Positions 1 to 12,770 of a stretch of DNA of 64,000 nt are shown in pieces (position 1 is the first letter of the stretch; each line of letters starts with the position of its first letter). This stretch comes from Raja brachyura (Eukaryota). A program made the translations under genes and the position numbers. The notes under the pieces are model-generated. The model saw only the letters and a list, made by a program, of their open reading frames with translations, was not told where the DNA came from and made no database searches. The stretch is from assembly GCA_963514005.1 (NCBI GenBank), contig OY740783.1:128960001-129024000 (forward strand), given 5' to 3'.

Positions 1-1880
1 GTCACTGCCTCCTAGTTGTTCCTTAACCTCAAGTTCCTTTATCAAATCTGGTTAATTACATAACAGTATATCCAGAATGGTCTTCTCCCTGGTAGGCTCC
101 AGTACAAGCTGCACGAAGAATCCATCACAAAGACAATCCACAAACCCCCCTTTCTTGGGGTCCAGTGCCAATTTGATTTTCGCAGTCTACCTGCATGTTG
201 AAATCTCCCATAACAACTGCAGCATTACCTTTACTACATGCAAATTTTAACTCCTGATTCAACTTGCACCCTATATCCACATTACTATTTGGGGGCCTGT
301 AGATAAGTCCCATTAGGGTCTTTTTACCGTTACAATTCCTTACTTCTATCCATACTGACCCCACATCTCCTGTTTCAATGTCACCCATTTCAAGGGACTG
401 AATTTCATTCCTCACCAACAGAGCTACCCCACCCCCTCTGCCCACCTGTCTGTCTTTTCGCTAGGAGGTATACCCTTGAATATTCAGTTCCCAGCCCTGG
501 CCCTCTTGCAGCCATGTCTCTGTAATTCCCACAACATCATACTTTCCAATTTCTTACTGAGCGTCAAGCTCGTCCACTTTATATCTTATACTTCCCGCAT
601 TCCTATACAACACTTTGACCTCCGTATTCACCCCCACCCCCACCCCCCCCCCCCCCCCCCCGCACGGCTCGAATTGGCCCTGACGTTACTCTCTTATCCC
701 TTCTCGAACTTTCCTTCCCATTAATTCGAGAGTCTTTTGTAATTCTTCCTGTACTCACTTCCCCTTCAACACCATCTGTATGCTCACAATTTCTAAATCC
801 CTTCCCCCACTATTTAGTTTAAACCCACACGTGTAGCCCTAGCAAACCTGCCTGCCAGAATGTCGGTCGCCCTCCAGCTAAGCTGTAACCCGTCCCATTT
901 GTACAGGTCACCCCTACCCCAGAAGAGATGCCAGTGGTCTATAAATCTAACTCCTTGCTCCCTGCACCAGCCCCTCAGCCACACATTCAGATCCCCTATC
1001 TCCCTGTTCCTGTCCTCACTAGCACAAGGTACTGGAAGCAATCCAGAGATAACCACCCCAGAAGTCCTGCTTTTCGGTCTGCTTCCTAACTCTCTTAACT
1101 CACGTTGCAGAACCCCCTTCCTCTTATTCTCGATGTCGTTCGTGCCGACATGCACAACTATTGTTCACCTTCCCATCGAGGATGTTCTGAATTCGGTTCA
1201 TGACATCTTGAACCCTGGCGCCAGGGAGGCAACAGACGATCCTCGAGTCTCGCCTGCCGCCGCACAATCTCCTGTCCGCAACGCGGACCATGGAGTCGCC
1301 CACCACTATGGCACTGCCCGACGTCGGTCTCGCCGGTCGAGTCCCATCTCTGGGATTGGAGCCACCTACATGTCCACTGCTCAGACTGGAAGTGTATTCT
1401 CCCCCGACAGTTCCCAAGAGGGTGTACTGTTTTCAATAGGCACAGCCACCTGGATCTTCTGCACTCCACGGTTACCACCCATTCTCGCAGTCACACACCT
1501 TGGTTCTTCCCGTATCCTCTACGTAACCACCTCACTGCAGGCCCTGTCCAGGAAACTCTCGTTTTCCCGCATGGCCCTGAGGTCAACCAGCTGCTTCTCC
1601 AGTGCCCCAACACGGTCCTTCAGGAGCTGAACCTGGACGCACTTGCCACAGTTGTAGCAGCCAGAGGCAACATCCGTGTCCCTGGGCTCCCACGTTCTAC
1701 AAGCATCACACTCTCATCTTCCCCGTAATGTGTTCACCGCGTCCTGTCAGCACCAGCTTTTTGCGTAGTCTCCTCTCCTCAGCCTCCTCGCCGAAGACTC
1801 TCGAGCCAAAGACTCACACTTTACTCACAAGGCCGCTCGCTCACTGCCGCTCTCCCAGAGCAGCCTTGCTTATATTCACT
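1..1880 (-). mobile_element. CR1-type LINE, 5' part: frameshifted ORF1 with SGNH/GDSL esterase domain and start of the ORF2 endonuclease; continues off the window start
   Basis: ORFs 1124-1417 (IVVGDSMVR..CCLPGARV) and 814-1155 (HVGTNDI, ISGLLP, DGLQL) give the esterase motifs. ORF 125-445 (RGGGVALLV, IYRPP, VMGDFN) is an APE endonuclease. Closely similar to 27280-27970. Confidence 0.9.
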
Positions 1881-2328
1881 AATACATTGCCAAATTTACA
1901 AATCAAATTCCTTAGTACCTTGTTGGAATTGTTCTCCAATTATCAATGGAAACGGAGGTGTCCAGTGCTAAAGAATATGTCGGTGCCCGGTGCCCAATCC
2001 CCTGTGGGCGGTTCTCACTCTCGGTGTGGAGTTCACCGCTTCACACGTTGAATATTCCCCATGGAGAACAGTGTTGGGATCCGGGTAGGCGCGGGTTCGC
2101 TGTCGCTCAGGACAGCGCCGAGCGACAGCCGAGCCTTCAGTGACACCTGATGCAGAGCCAGCCTTGCATGTATCCTGTCCCCTGCGCCCTCTGACCCACC
2201 TTCCCTGAGACCGTCACTGTCAGCTCCACACTGGGCACCGCCTCCACCCACTCGCCACAGGGAGAGGTCGGTACAAGACGATTCACCCACAGAACGTTGA
2301 TACATTCCGGTGTCTATCCTTCCCTCAG

Positions 2329-2736
2329 ATCCCGACGGGGATGTCTCAGTGGTGACTGGGACGGAGGGGGCTTCGGCCACGTTACCATGTGTGTATCGGC
2401 AATCCCAGCGTTACCGCACCGCCCTCACGGTCACATGGATGAGGAAGGATCCCTACCGACACATCGTCACGTTCAGACCACGAGCCGATGGATCCTGGGC
2501 GGCGGAGAACAGAGCAACTCGGTTCGAGCTGGTCGGCAACCCAGAGCGGGGAAACGCCTCAATCAGGATAAACCAGCTGAGGGTGGAGGACAGTCACGAC
2601 TACCTGTGTCTGGTGGAGTTCAGCAAAGAGGAAAACTACGATCCGAGAAAGGACATCGACGAAAAGTTGAGGAGCAGCGTACACCCCCCGTACACCCACC
2701 AGTACCAGCGTGAGCTCCAGCTGCGGGTCACACCCG
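2329..2736 (+). CDS. Receptor gene A, Ig V-set exon (Siglec-15-like, homologous to V2 of gene B); upstream exons not found in the window
   Basis: Acceptor tccttccctcag| and donor G|gtaaga; 408 nt, phase 1-1, open frame. Ig motifs LPC..VTW..RFELVGNPERGNASIRI..EDSHDYLCLVEF..LQLRV. Confidence 0.88.
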
Positions 2737-2889
2737 GTAAGAAACCATCGCCTCATTTTGCCGTGTAGAGAGAAGGTGCAGAGGGAGGGAGGAGAGCAGG
2801 AACAGGAAACCCGATCTCCCGGGACCTAGTGGGCGCAGCCTCGCATCTGGAGGGTCAGATACAACGCCAGAGAAAGGTCAACCATAGTT

Positions 2890-3720
2890 GATCAATGTAT
2901 TGGAGTCATTTGGCGAGGTGAGGAGTTGAATGCCTCAGAGGACACAAAGTGCTGTGGTACGATAGGATTCTCAGAAGGATCTAGGTTGGGCCCCGGGCAG
3001 GAGTTTGGGAACCAGGCGCGAGAAGGCGGCATTAAGTCAACGAACTGTCGGGGATTGAGAAGCAGTTATCGAGCAGAATGTGGAATGAAATATCTGGATC
3101 TCTGTCACGTTGAGAGTCTGCGGCTGGCGAGGTACTTCAGAGATTGGTTCTTGGTCTCAACTATTCATAGTCTGCATCAGTGAGTTGATTGAAGGGGGGG
3201 AAATTGTCAGGTCTGATGATGGAGGAAGTGCCTTGGGACTGTGAGAGGGCAGGAGGACGCGGAGATTCGGGAAAGGTGGGCAAGCTAAGCGAGTGAGTGA
3301 GAGCATAATGTGGAATAAAATGTGGCAAATTATCCACACGGCTGAATAAACATAAAACCAGAGTGTTTATTAAATGGTGAGAGATAGGGCGCTGTGAATG
3401 TTCAAATAGACCCGAGTGTGCTTGTTCCCAGGCCAATGAAGGGTGATGTACTGATGTCGAAGAGACGAGAAAGGCAATAGTTGGTCAGGTTATATCAAGA
3501 GAGGATTTATATTCAAGGCTTGAGATATTTCACTGCAGTTATGTAAGGATCCAGCGGGACCTCACCTGCAGTACTGGGTCGGACTTTGCTCTTCTTAACT
3601 ACAATAAAGCCACGATTAGTGTGGAGCGAGTGTAGTGAAGATCCCTTCACTGTTTCCCGGAAGCGCAGGTCGATTGAAGTTCAGGGGAGATTGAGTAGAC
3701 CGGAGACCGTGGAGAATGCA
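2890..3720 (+). mobile_element. Old degraded CR1 ORF2 fragment
   Basis: Decayed similarity to CR1 RT 3' regions elsewhere in the window; no open frame. Confidence 0.5.
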
Positions 3721-4043
3721 GGTATAGGAACATTGAGCAGAAAAAAAGCTACTGGAGGAACTCGATAGGCCAGGTAGCATGTCTGGTAGGAAATTGGCGA
3801 ATGACAATTCATATCGAGACCTTGCCTCAAAACTGCACAAAACCACGTATTTGGATTTCCTTCTACAGTTGCCTGACTTCCTGAGCGCTGTCAGCAGGCT
3901 GTTATTTGCTCGAGCAGAGTAGACCTGTATTCTCCAGGGTGCAGAGAATGAGAGGTGATCTTAGTGAAGCAAACATAATTTGTACATTGTCGATGGCTCC
4001 CCTTTCCCATTGACCACTCTGACCTCTCTCATTCTCTCCTCAG

Positions 4044-4143
4044 TCACGCAGAGTTACATGGTTCTGATCATGTGGATCCCTCTAGGATTGAAAACCGTTT
4101 TCCTTTCAGTGATGTGTGTTGTCTTCTACCGTGACAAACTCAG
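4044..4143 (+). CDS. Receptor gene A, transmembrane exon with an intramembrane lysine
   Basis: Acceptor ctctcctcag| and donor AG|gtatgt; 100 nt, phase 1-2, in frame with the V exon. Encodes VTQSYMVLIMWIPLGLKTVFLSVMCVVFYRDKL. A paralogous exon of identical length lies at 18112-18211. Confidence 0.85.
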
Positions 4144-4993
4144 GTATGTAATATTGCGATTCTATGCCTGGAATATAAACTCAATGGCCTTTGGGGTGTG
4201 ATTGGAAAAAGGGAGGTTTCCTAGGCCGCGCCAACCATCGATCATCCATGCACTAGTTCTATCCTGCACTATAGGGGGCGTTTGCAGAGGACAATTATCC
4301 TACAAACCCGCACGTATTTGGGATATGGGAGGGACGAAAACCATGCGGTCACGGGGAGCATGTGGAAACTCCGCACAGACAGCACCCGTGATCAGGGTCG
4401 AACCCGGGACTCTGCGCTGCAAGGCAGCATCTCTACAACTGCGCCACCGTGGCTCCCCTGCCGCATTGGCAATACATGGTTCAGGTGCATCATGTACCTA
4501 CAGATGGAAGAACAGCTTCTTACCCTCTCAGACGCTTTGAGAAACCCCTCAAAAGATAAGAATGTATTCCCGATCCTCCAGTCTACCTTGATGGGGCACT
4601 TGCCCTCTGCCCTTTCTCTGTAAGACTATATTCTGCACGGCTTGGCTCTATGGAATAATTTATCTGGATGACACGCTAAACAATGTTTTTTCCTCGGATC
4701 TGTGTCAAGCTGACGATAATAAACCAATACCTTGCTCCAGGTCAGACAATCCCCCTCACTGTCAACACAACGACCAATATACGTGTCCCCTGTTAAGTTA
4801 ATCACCTGTTTCGCATATAGATGTTCACCTCAAATGTTATTGTCAAACGCTGACATTGACAATAACGTCTCCCCTCTGTTCAAATCTCCGTCAGAATCTC
4901 TTCACAGATTTAAATGACGGCTGTGAATGTCAGAAAGGGTCTTATGGTACAAATTACCGAGGCTTGTTTTAATTGGTCTTGTTGTGTCCTCAG

Positions 4994-5027
4994 CAAGCGG
5001 GGAAACGGATCCATCCGAGGAAGCTGA
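4994..5027 (+). CDS. Receptor gene A, last coding exon (short tail SKRGNGSIRGS-stop)
   Basis: Acceptor ggtcttgttgtgtcctcag|, phase compatible. The intron end and exon are homologous to 16496-16555 (-). AATAAA follows at 5173. Confidence 0.7.
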
Positions 5028-5172
5028 GCAGACCAGTGTTCTGACTTCAATATAACCTGCCTCGCAATGAAGTCCGCCGATCCCACCTGTTTTTGCGGTC
5101 CGGCTGATTTTGTCGACATTTGGGTATCAATCATATTAATTCTCCGACTCGCTTTTAATCTGTGTGTAATAT

Positions 5173-5178
5173 AATAAA
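5173..5178 (+). terminator. Putative polyadenylation signal of gene A
   Basis: AATAAA about 145 nt after the inferred stop codon. Confidence 0.5.
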
Positions 5179-8100
5179 ATGCAGTAGTTCAAGTTCAAAG
5201 GAAAGGTTTTGTACACTGAGAGGGTTTGATATCCGGAATATGCTAAGAAACAAAGTGGTGAAAATGAGAGGTGCGATAGACGTCTAAACGCATGAACAGG
5301 CTCTTAATTAGGAAATAGTTGGAAGGATGGACAAAGTGCTGCAAATTCTCAGCTCGTTTGGGACCGGGCACGAACTATCACCTGTCCATGTCCTGCAGAG
5401 TTGCTGCCTGATCCGCTGAGTTACTCTCGCACACCGTGTCTATCTTTGGTAAACACTGGCATCAGCAGTTCCCCCTTATTACCAGTTGGAAGGATATGGA
5501 TCTAATTTGGACCAACTGGGTTAATGTACATAGACAAAGATGTTCATATCGACATTATTGTCCGAAGGGCCAATTTCTTCACTGTACACGTTGACTCCAG
5601 AAACATGTCCAAACCTCCCTGCTCTGGCAACCCCTGGATCCTGACTAACTTATTACTAGTCACTTTTTTCGTAGCGCTCTGCTTATAAATCTTAAATAAT
5701 GCATTTAGCACGCAGGGGAAACAACCTTACTATTAATGCAGTTTGCTTAATTTAAAATATTTACAATATTTAAATTATAATGGAAGAGCGATAAATAGAA
5801 AATGCTAATTAAATTCACTTATGCAATACATAGAGAACATAACTTTAATTTTGAAATCAGTATGCTTAATTTAGTATATGTACAAATCTCTCAATATTGT
5901 ATGAGAGCAACATGGAACAACATCTAAAATGGTCATTAAATTCAGCTATACTAAAAATATTTGGTTCGCTTTAATTGGAGGTTTTCTTTTAATTCAATGA
6001 CGTTCTGAAATGCTTGTAACATTTCCCAAGGACCATTCGGCCCATGGCCACACCGAGCATTCGACATCTCCAGTTCTGTTTCTTCGTTACCTGTTATCTT
6101 GCACAAATCTCTGTCCATTCCCCGCCATTCTCCACCCAATCACTGTAGGGCTTGATCTTAGTTCAGAGATACAGCATGGAAACCCCTTCGGTTCACAGAA
6201 TCCACGTCCACCATCGATCACCCGTTCACACGAGTCCTATGTTATCCCATTTACTCATCCACTCGCTGTACACGAGGTGAAATAGACGAAGGACAATTGA
6301 TCTACAGACCCGCACGGTTTTGGGATGTGGGTAGAAACCGGGGCACCCGGAGAATATTCTCCCGGTCACAGACAGAACGGCACGGACAGGATGTCAGTTT
6401 GACAAGTTGGTGCCTGATTTTAGAATCATAGAACATGCAAACAGGCCTTTCGGCCCTATTCGTTGACGTTGCCCAAGATGCCCCACCTAATTGGGACTAT
6501 TTTGCCTACGTTTGACCCATTATCCTTCTAAATCTTTTCTACCCATTGACCCATAAACCTCTCAACCTTTCATATGCCAGTCGTTTGTGTTTCCCAGGCT
6601 GAGCAGGTACCATGGGAATACGGAACCTTAGTGTTTAAAGGTAGCGTGGGACCCGTGCTCGGGTTAAAGTAAAGGAACACACAAACCCGGGGCCTCTGTT
6701 TGTCAGAGGTATTACGGAGATGCGGGTCTTGGTGTGTTAACAAACTTTGACCCATAAACTAACAAAGCAAATGCCAATCAAAGTCAAATCACTAATCCCG
6801 TGTAAATCCAATCACCCATGTGCCTGTCCCAACCAGACCTTATGCTTTAGAGATATAGCGTGGAAACAGGCTCACGGCGTCCGCGCCGACCAGTGAACCC
6901 GGTATTGGCAATATCCTGCACATCGGAGGAAACCCACGTGGTCACAGGGAGAACATACAAACTCCGTACTGACAGCACGCATAGTCAGGATCGAACATGG
7001 CGCTGTCAGGCAGCAAATCCACTGTTGCTCCACTGTGCCGCCCCAAACTCTTCTTCAAACTTCCGAAGATGGGGTCCAGAGACATTTCCCCCTCTGTCAT
7101 TGGATCTTTGACTTTCTGACCCATGGACCACAAGCAGCGAATGTAAGCTAGAAACATCCTCCACAATAATTCTCAACAGAGGTGCCCCGCAAGGATGTAT
7201 TGGTATTGCCCTATTATTCTCCCTATAGTCGCGGTTGTGCGGACAAATTCTGCTCCAGATCATGTACCAGTTTGGAGATTACACCATTGTAGTGGGATGA
7301 TGTCAAACAATGATGTGATGGCGTACAGGATGGAGATAGCGAGCGTAATGTGTCCTGGACCAACCTCACTGAAGCTACAGTCAAAAAGCTGATATTTTAC
7401 TTCCTCGAGAGATGAAGGGAGTTGAGCATGTCCCCAATTACAACCCACAGGTTGTTAGGAGCCTGGATGGTTCTGCTTGGCGCAATGCTGGAGGCAGATG
7501 CAATAGTGGCATTCAGGATTCTTTTGGATCGGCAGGTGGATATGCAGGGAATGGAGGGATATGAATTAAGAGCTGGCTGGTTAGGGTAGGTCGGGGCATC
7601 GTGTGCAGCACAACCTTCTAAAACCCATTCTCCTGCCTTCTCCCCATAAACCAAGACACCCGTACTAATTAGAAACTATCAATCTCCGCCTTAAAAATAT
7701 AAATTGACGGCGACCCACAGCCTTCGGTGGCAACGAATTCCACAGATTCATCATCCTCTGATTAAATAAATTCATCCTCATCTACTTTCTAGAGGTACGT
7801 GCGTTTATTCTGATGCTATGGAATCTGGTTCTAGACTCTACCGCCAGTGGAAAGAATTCCCTCCACATTCACTCCACGCAAGTCTTTCGCTACTCGGTCA
7901 GTTTCAATGAAGTGCCCCCTCATCCTTCTGGACTTCCCGTTTCCGATTTACCCGCTGTTTTCAGATTATTGAACGATCCTCCCACATACTAGGGTTTAGT
8001 CCGATCTTACAACCTAGGTGAACGTGGACATATTATATGGAATTGTAATCCTATAATGCTCTAAAACTATATTCTGCCCTCTAGTATATTTCTCCCCGCA

Positions 8101-8649
8101 CGACCCATTGCATGTATATATGGCTTGGTTTTACTCATGTTGAGCATGATTTCGTTTGACCGGATAGCACACAAACAAAAAACTTTTCACGGTGTCTCGG
8201 TAGACATTACAATGAAAAACAATATCAACACCTGCAGGACCAGTCTTCCCATCGTTTCTCGACCCCAGTTCTCTTGCCAACCGCCACCATGTTTCAGCTC
8301 AACCAAAATCCCTTCCATACAGTCCGCCATTTAATTCCACCACCATACTGTTCACTAGTGACTGCTATTTTGCCCTCACTGCCCCATTAACCAATCACTA
8401 CTAAAATGACCCAAAGTCCTGGAGTAACCCAGCGGCTCACGCAGCATCTCTGGACGACGTGGATAGCTGATATTCCGGGTCAGAAACCTTCATTATTCTG
8501 CATCGTCACCTATCCATGTCTTGCAGAGATGCTGCCTGACCGGCTGAGTTACTCTAGCACGTTTTGTCGTTTTTGTAAAACAGCATCTACATTGTTTCAA
8601 CCAATCATTCGTGTTTCAATCCCAGTGTGCCACGTACCAACTATTCTTA

Positions 8650-8932
8650 GTTTAGTTTAGTTTGGAGATACCAGGTGGAAACAGGCCCTTCGCCCCACCG
8701 CGCCAATCAGAGATCCCCGCACCTTAACTACTTCCGACGCACACTAGCGACAATTTCAAAATGCGCCAAGCCAGATAACTTACAAAGCTATACTCTGGAG
8801 TGTGAGAGGAAACCGGGTAAAAACACATGTAGGTTACATGGAGCACATACGAACTCCATACACACAGCACGCGTAGTCAGGATCCAACACGGGTCTCTGG
8901 CGTTGTGCGGCCGTTCCTCCATCGTTGCGCCA
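8650..8932 (-). mobile_element. tRNA-derived V-SINE/HE1-like SINE
   Basis: Reverse complement of the SINE family seen at 9245, with a (ctaaa)n tail. Other minus-strand copies at about 4220-4450, 6160-6390, 6845-7040, 20555-20825, 30230-30405, 34205-34498 and 54040-54288. Confidence 0.75.
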
Positions 8933-9244
8933 TGTTTACTATTATTTGACTCGCACTGTCCGATTAACCAATCCCCCCCCCCCCCCCCCCCCCCACGCTT
9001 GTTGTCTCTTCGGACTAACATGGGCAGGGTCACCTCAAGCTAAAATAGTTCTCTCTGGTTTCCAGTTTCCTCCACGGAGCCACCACTTTCTAAGACTGCA
9101 ACATAACAGCCTGAGCTTTCTGTGCCTCTGACGGTCTAACAGACCCGAGTTATGGAATTTTCTTTTTCCAGGTTTCTCAGGCTTCTGTAAGACCACATCC
9201 TCTACCAAGTTGGGCTCCACCAGTCCCATCGCCATTTCATTTAG

Positions 9245-9545
9245 CGGCACGGTGGCGCAGCGGTAGTTGTTGGCTTACAACGCCAGAGACCCGGGTTCAA
9301 TCCCGGCTACTCTCGGTGCTGTCTGTGCAGAGTGTGTACGTCCTCCCCGTAACCTGCGTGCGTTTTCTACGGGTTCTCCGGTTTCCTCACACACTCCAAA
9401 GACGTACAGACTTGTAGGCTAATTGCTTTGGTTAAATTGTAAATTGTCTGTAATAAGTAGTGTGTGGGGATCGCTGGCCGGCGCGGACACGGTGGAGTAA
9501 AGCGCCTGTTTCGATTTAACCCGTGTCCAAACTAAATTAGACTAA
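9245..9545 (+). mobile_element. tRNA-derived V-SINE/HE1-like SINE
   Basis: A box ggtggcgcagcggt, B box ggttcaatccc, central ctccggtttcctc domain, and a 3' end shared with local CR1 tails. Confidence 0.8.
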
Positions 9546-9778
9546 GAATGATAGGTTCATGGGACAATGGGAGTGAGACCACGAGTAATTGGTGCGGAGA
9601 TCGTTTGCTCAGTACGGACAGGGAGGGCTGAAGGGCCTGTTCCGGTGCTCTATCTCTAAACTAAACTAAACAGAGAAAATAGACCAGGAGCATCCGATTC
9701 CACCCTTCCGTTTTTCCCTCCACTCAACACAGTTCAAACTAACTCCATGATCCCGCTCCCTGTCCTCCCGTATCAAGC

Positions 9779-10011
9779 NNNNNNNNNNNNNNNNNNNNNN
9801 NNNNNNNNNNNNNNNNNNNNNNNNNNNNNNNNNNNNNNNNNNNNNNNNNNNNNNNNNNNNNNNNNNNNNNNNNNNNNNNNNNNNNNNNNNNNNNNNNNNN
9901 NNNNNNNNNNNNNNNNNNNNNNNNNNNNNNNNNNNNNNNNNNNNNNNNNNNNNNNNNNNNNNNNNNNNNNNNNNNNNNNNNNNNNNNNNNNNNNNNNNNN
10001 NNNNNNNNNNN
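9779..10011. other. Assembly gap
   Basis: Run of N. Confidence 1.
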
Positions 10012-10079
10012 GCCACATTGCATTATCAAGGGATATGGGAGAAAAGCAGAAACGGGGTACTGAATATTATAATATAATA

Positions 10080-10126
<47 letters not shown>

Positions 10127-10289
10127 CATGTCCAAATCCCGACCCGCCACATTGCATTATCAAGGGATATGGGAGAAAAGCAGAAACGGGGTACTGATTT
10201 TATATGAACAGCCATGATCATATTGAATAGCGGTGGTGGCTCGAAGGGCATGACCACTCCTGCACCTCTTTTTCGATGTCTCTGTGTTT

Positions 10290-12160
10290 CTATTAACCAC
10301 CACTAGCATCAAGCTGGGAGTCTGAAGTCAGTGGAAAGGGAAACGCGAGACGGGGACGCTGATATACAGAGAAGTAGAACAAACGAATGAAAGAGATACA
10401 AAAAAAAAGCAGCGGTGATAAAGGGAACAAGATGTGGACTAGGTGAAACGAGTACAGACAATGACACACAACAAGACTAGCGTTGAAACTATTACAGCGA
10501 CTCGGGTGGGGGAGGGAGGAGAGAAAGTGAATGCATAGGTTACTTGGAATCAGATAATTATCATTCATACCACTGGGGTGTAAGCTGCCCAAGCGAAATA
10601 TGAGGTGCTGTTCCTCCAATTTGTGTTTGGTCCCACAATGGAGGAGGCCTAGGACAGACATTTCAGTGTGGTAACGGGAAGGGGAAATAAAGTGTTTGGC
10701 AACCGGGAGATCAGGTAGATCGAAGTGGCCGGAGATAAACTGTTCAGCGAAACGATCGCCCAGTCTGCATCTGGTCTCGACCAAGGTCCACACCTTGAAC
10801 AACGGATACAATAGATGAGGTTGGAAGAGATGTAAGTGAACTTCGAAGGATTGTCAGGGTCCCTGGTCAGAGTCGGGGGTGGGGGTATAGTAATTGGTGT
10901 TGCATCTCTGTGGTTGCAGGGAAAGGTACCTGGGGAGGGGGTGGTTTGGGTGGGAAGGGATGAGTTAACCAGGGAGTTGTGTTGGAAACAGTCTCTGCAG
11001 AAGGGGGAAAGGGGTAGAGATGGGAAGATGTGACTAGTGGTGGGATCCCGTTCGTGGTGGCGAAAATGTCGGAGGATTATGCGTTGTATGCGACGGCTGT
11101 TGGGGTAAAAGGCAAGGATTTGATCCCTGTTGCGACTGGGTTGAAGGGGAGCCAGGGCGGAGCTGTGGGGTACCGAAAAGACACACATGAGGCCATAGTC
11201 TATGATGGAAGAGGGGAATTCCCGTTCCCTAGAGAATTAGGATATCTGAGGAAGGACATTATTGCCATAGAGGGAATGCAGCGAAGGTTCACCAGACTGA
11301 TTCCTGGGATGTCAGGACTGTCTTATGAACAAAGACTGCATAGACTCGGTTTATACTCTCTAGAATTTAGGAGATTGAGAGGGGATCTTATAGAAACTTA
11401 CAAGATTCTTAAGGGGTTGGACAGGCAAGATGCAGGAAGATTGTTCCCGATGTTGGGGAGGTCCAGGACAAGGGGTCACAGCTTAAGGATAAGGGGGAAA
11501 TCCTTTAGGACCGAGATGAGAAGGAATTTTTTCACACAGAGAGTGGTGGGTCTCTGGAACTCTCTGCCACAGAGGGTAGTTGAGGCCAGTTCATTGGCTA
11601 TATTTAAGAGGGAGTTAAATGTGGCCCTTGTGGCTAAGGGGATCAGAGGGTATGGAGAGAAGGCAGGTACGGGATACTGAGTTGGATGATCAGCCATGAT
11701 CATATTGAATGGCGGTGCAGGCTCGAAGGGCCGAAGGGCCGAATGGCCTACTCCTGCACCTAATTTCTATGTTTCTATGTTTCTATCTTGGATGTCCTGG
11801 TGTGGAACACCACTTGTTGGGTGCAAATACTGGGTAGACGGAGGAATTGGGAGTTGTGGGTAGAGGATTTGCAGGAAGCAGGGTGTGAAGAAATGTAGTT
11901 TAGATAGTTGTTGGAGCCTGTACATGTATGATAGACATCAGTCGTTGGTCTATCTCCTGTGATGGAGACAGTGAGATCAAGAAAGGGGAGGGAGGTGCCA
12001 AAGATTGTTCAAGTGAATTTGAGTGCAGGATGGAAATTGGTGGTGAAGTTATAAATGTCTATGAGTTCTGCATGGGTGCAGGAGGCAACACCGATGCCGT
12101 TGTCAATGTAACAGAAATAGAGTTCTGGGATAGAGCCAGTGCACACCTGGAACAAGCGTA
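10290..12160 (-). mobile_element. Degenerate Penelope-like element (RT C-terminus and GIY-YIG endonuclease), interrupted by a CR1 fragment
   Basis: ORF pieces YISSNLIYCIRCSRC, ETRCRLGDRFAE, EEQHLIFRLGSLHPSGMN and YFCYIDN..FHPALKFT. Confidence 0.85.
11241..11785 (+). mobile_element. 5'-truncated CR1 LINE 3' end nested in the Penelope element
   Basis: Open ORF2 C-terminus (QRRFTRLIPG..YSLEFRRLRGDLIETYK..FFTQRVVGLWNSLP) and a (ctatgttt)n tail. Confidence 0.9.
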
Positions 12161-12477
12161 ATGTTAGCTGTGTGTTCACAAATAAACACATGTATAGCTT
12201 TTGTTTCAGGTACAGTATCTCAGCAAATTCTCAGGCAATTGTCATCAATCTCTTCTATAAATGGAAAGCTGTTGCACCTTGTCCATGCTGACCAAGTTGG
12301 CATTTGTCCTATCTGCTCACATTTGGCCAATAATCCTCTAATCCCTTCCTAATCCCATATCCATATATATGTCCAAATATAGTTTGAAAGTGATCATTGC
12401 ATCAACTTCTATAGTTTCCTCTGGCGGATCAATCTGGATACAGACTATCCCGGTGAGCGAAAATATTGCCCATCAGG

Positions 12478-12770
12478 GGTGGCACAGTGGCGTAGTGGTT
12501 GCGTTGGTGCCTTACAACGGCAGAGACCCGGGTTCGATCCTAACTATGGGTGTTGTCAGTATGGAGTTCGTGCCTTGTACTCTGTGACTGCGTGGGGTAT
12601 TCTCCGGGTGCTCCGATGTCCTCCGACATTCCAAAGCGTACAGGTTTGTAAGTTAATTGGCTTCTGGAACTTGTCCCTTGTATGTCAGATAGAACTAGTG
12701 TCTGGGTGATCGATGTGGAGTCGGTGGGCCATAAGGCCTGTTTCCACGCAGTATCTCTAAACTAAACTAA
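12478..12770 (+). mobile_element. tRNA-derived SINE
   Basis: A and B boxes plus tctctaaactaaactaaa tail. Further plus-strand copies at about 15417-15650, 20168-20440, 22398-22700, 40300-40580 and 52821-53058. Confidence 0.8.

Noticed and set aside
860-1630. 256-aa plus-strand ORF
   Set aside because: Antisense shadow of CR1 ORF1.
9040-9240. Strong acceptor ttttctttttccag at about 9171 as a further exon of gene A
   Set aside because: It lies beyond the inferred stop and poly(A) signal, has no donor, and has no homolog in gene B.
9245-9320. tRNA genes at the A/B-box sequences
   Set aside because: They are SINE heads that continue into the SINE body and tail; no complete cloverleaf.
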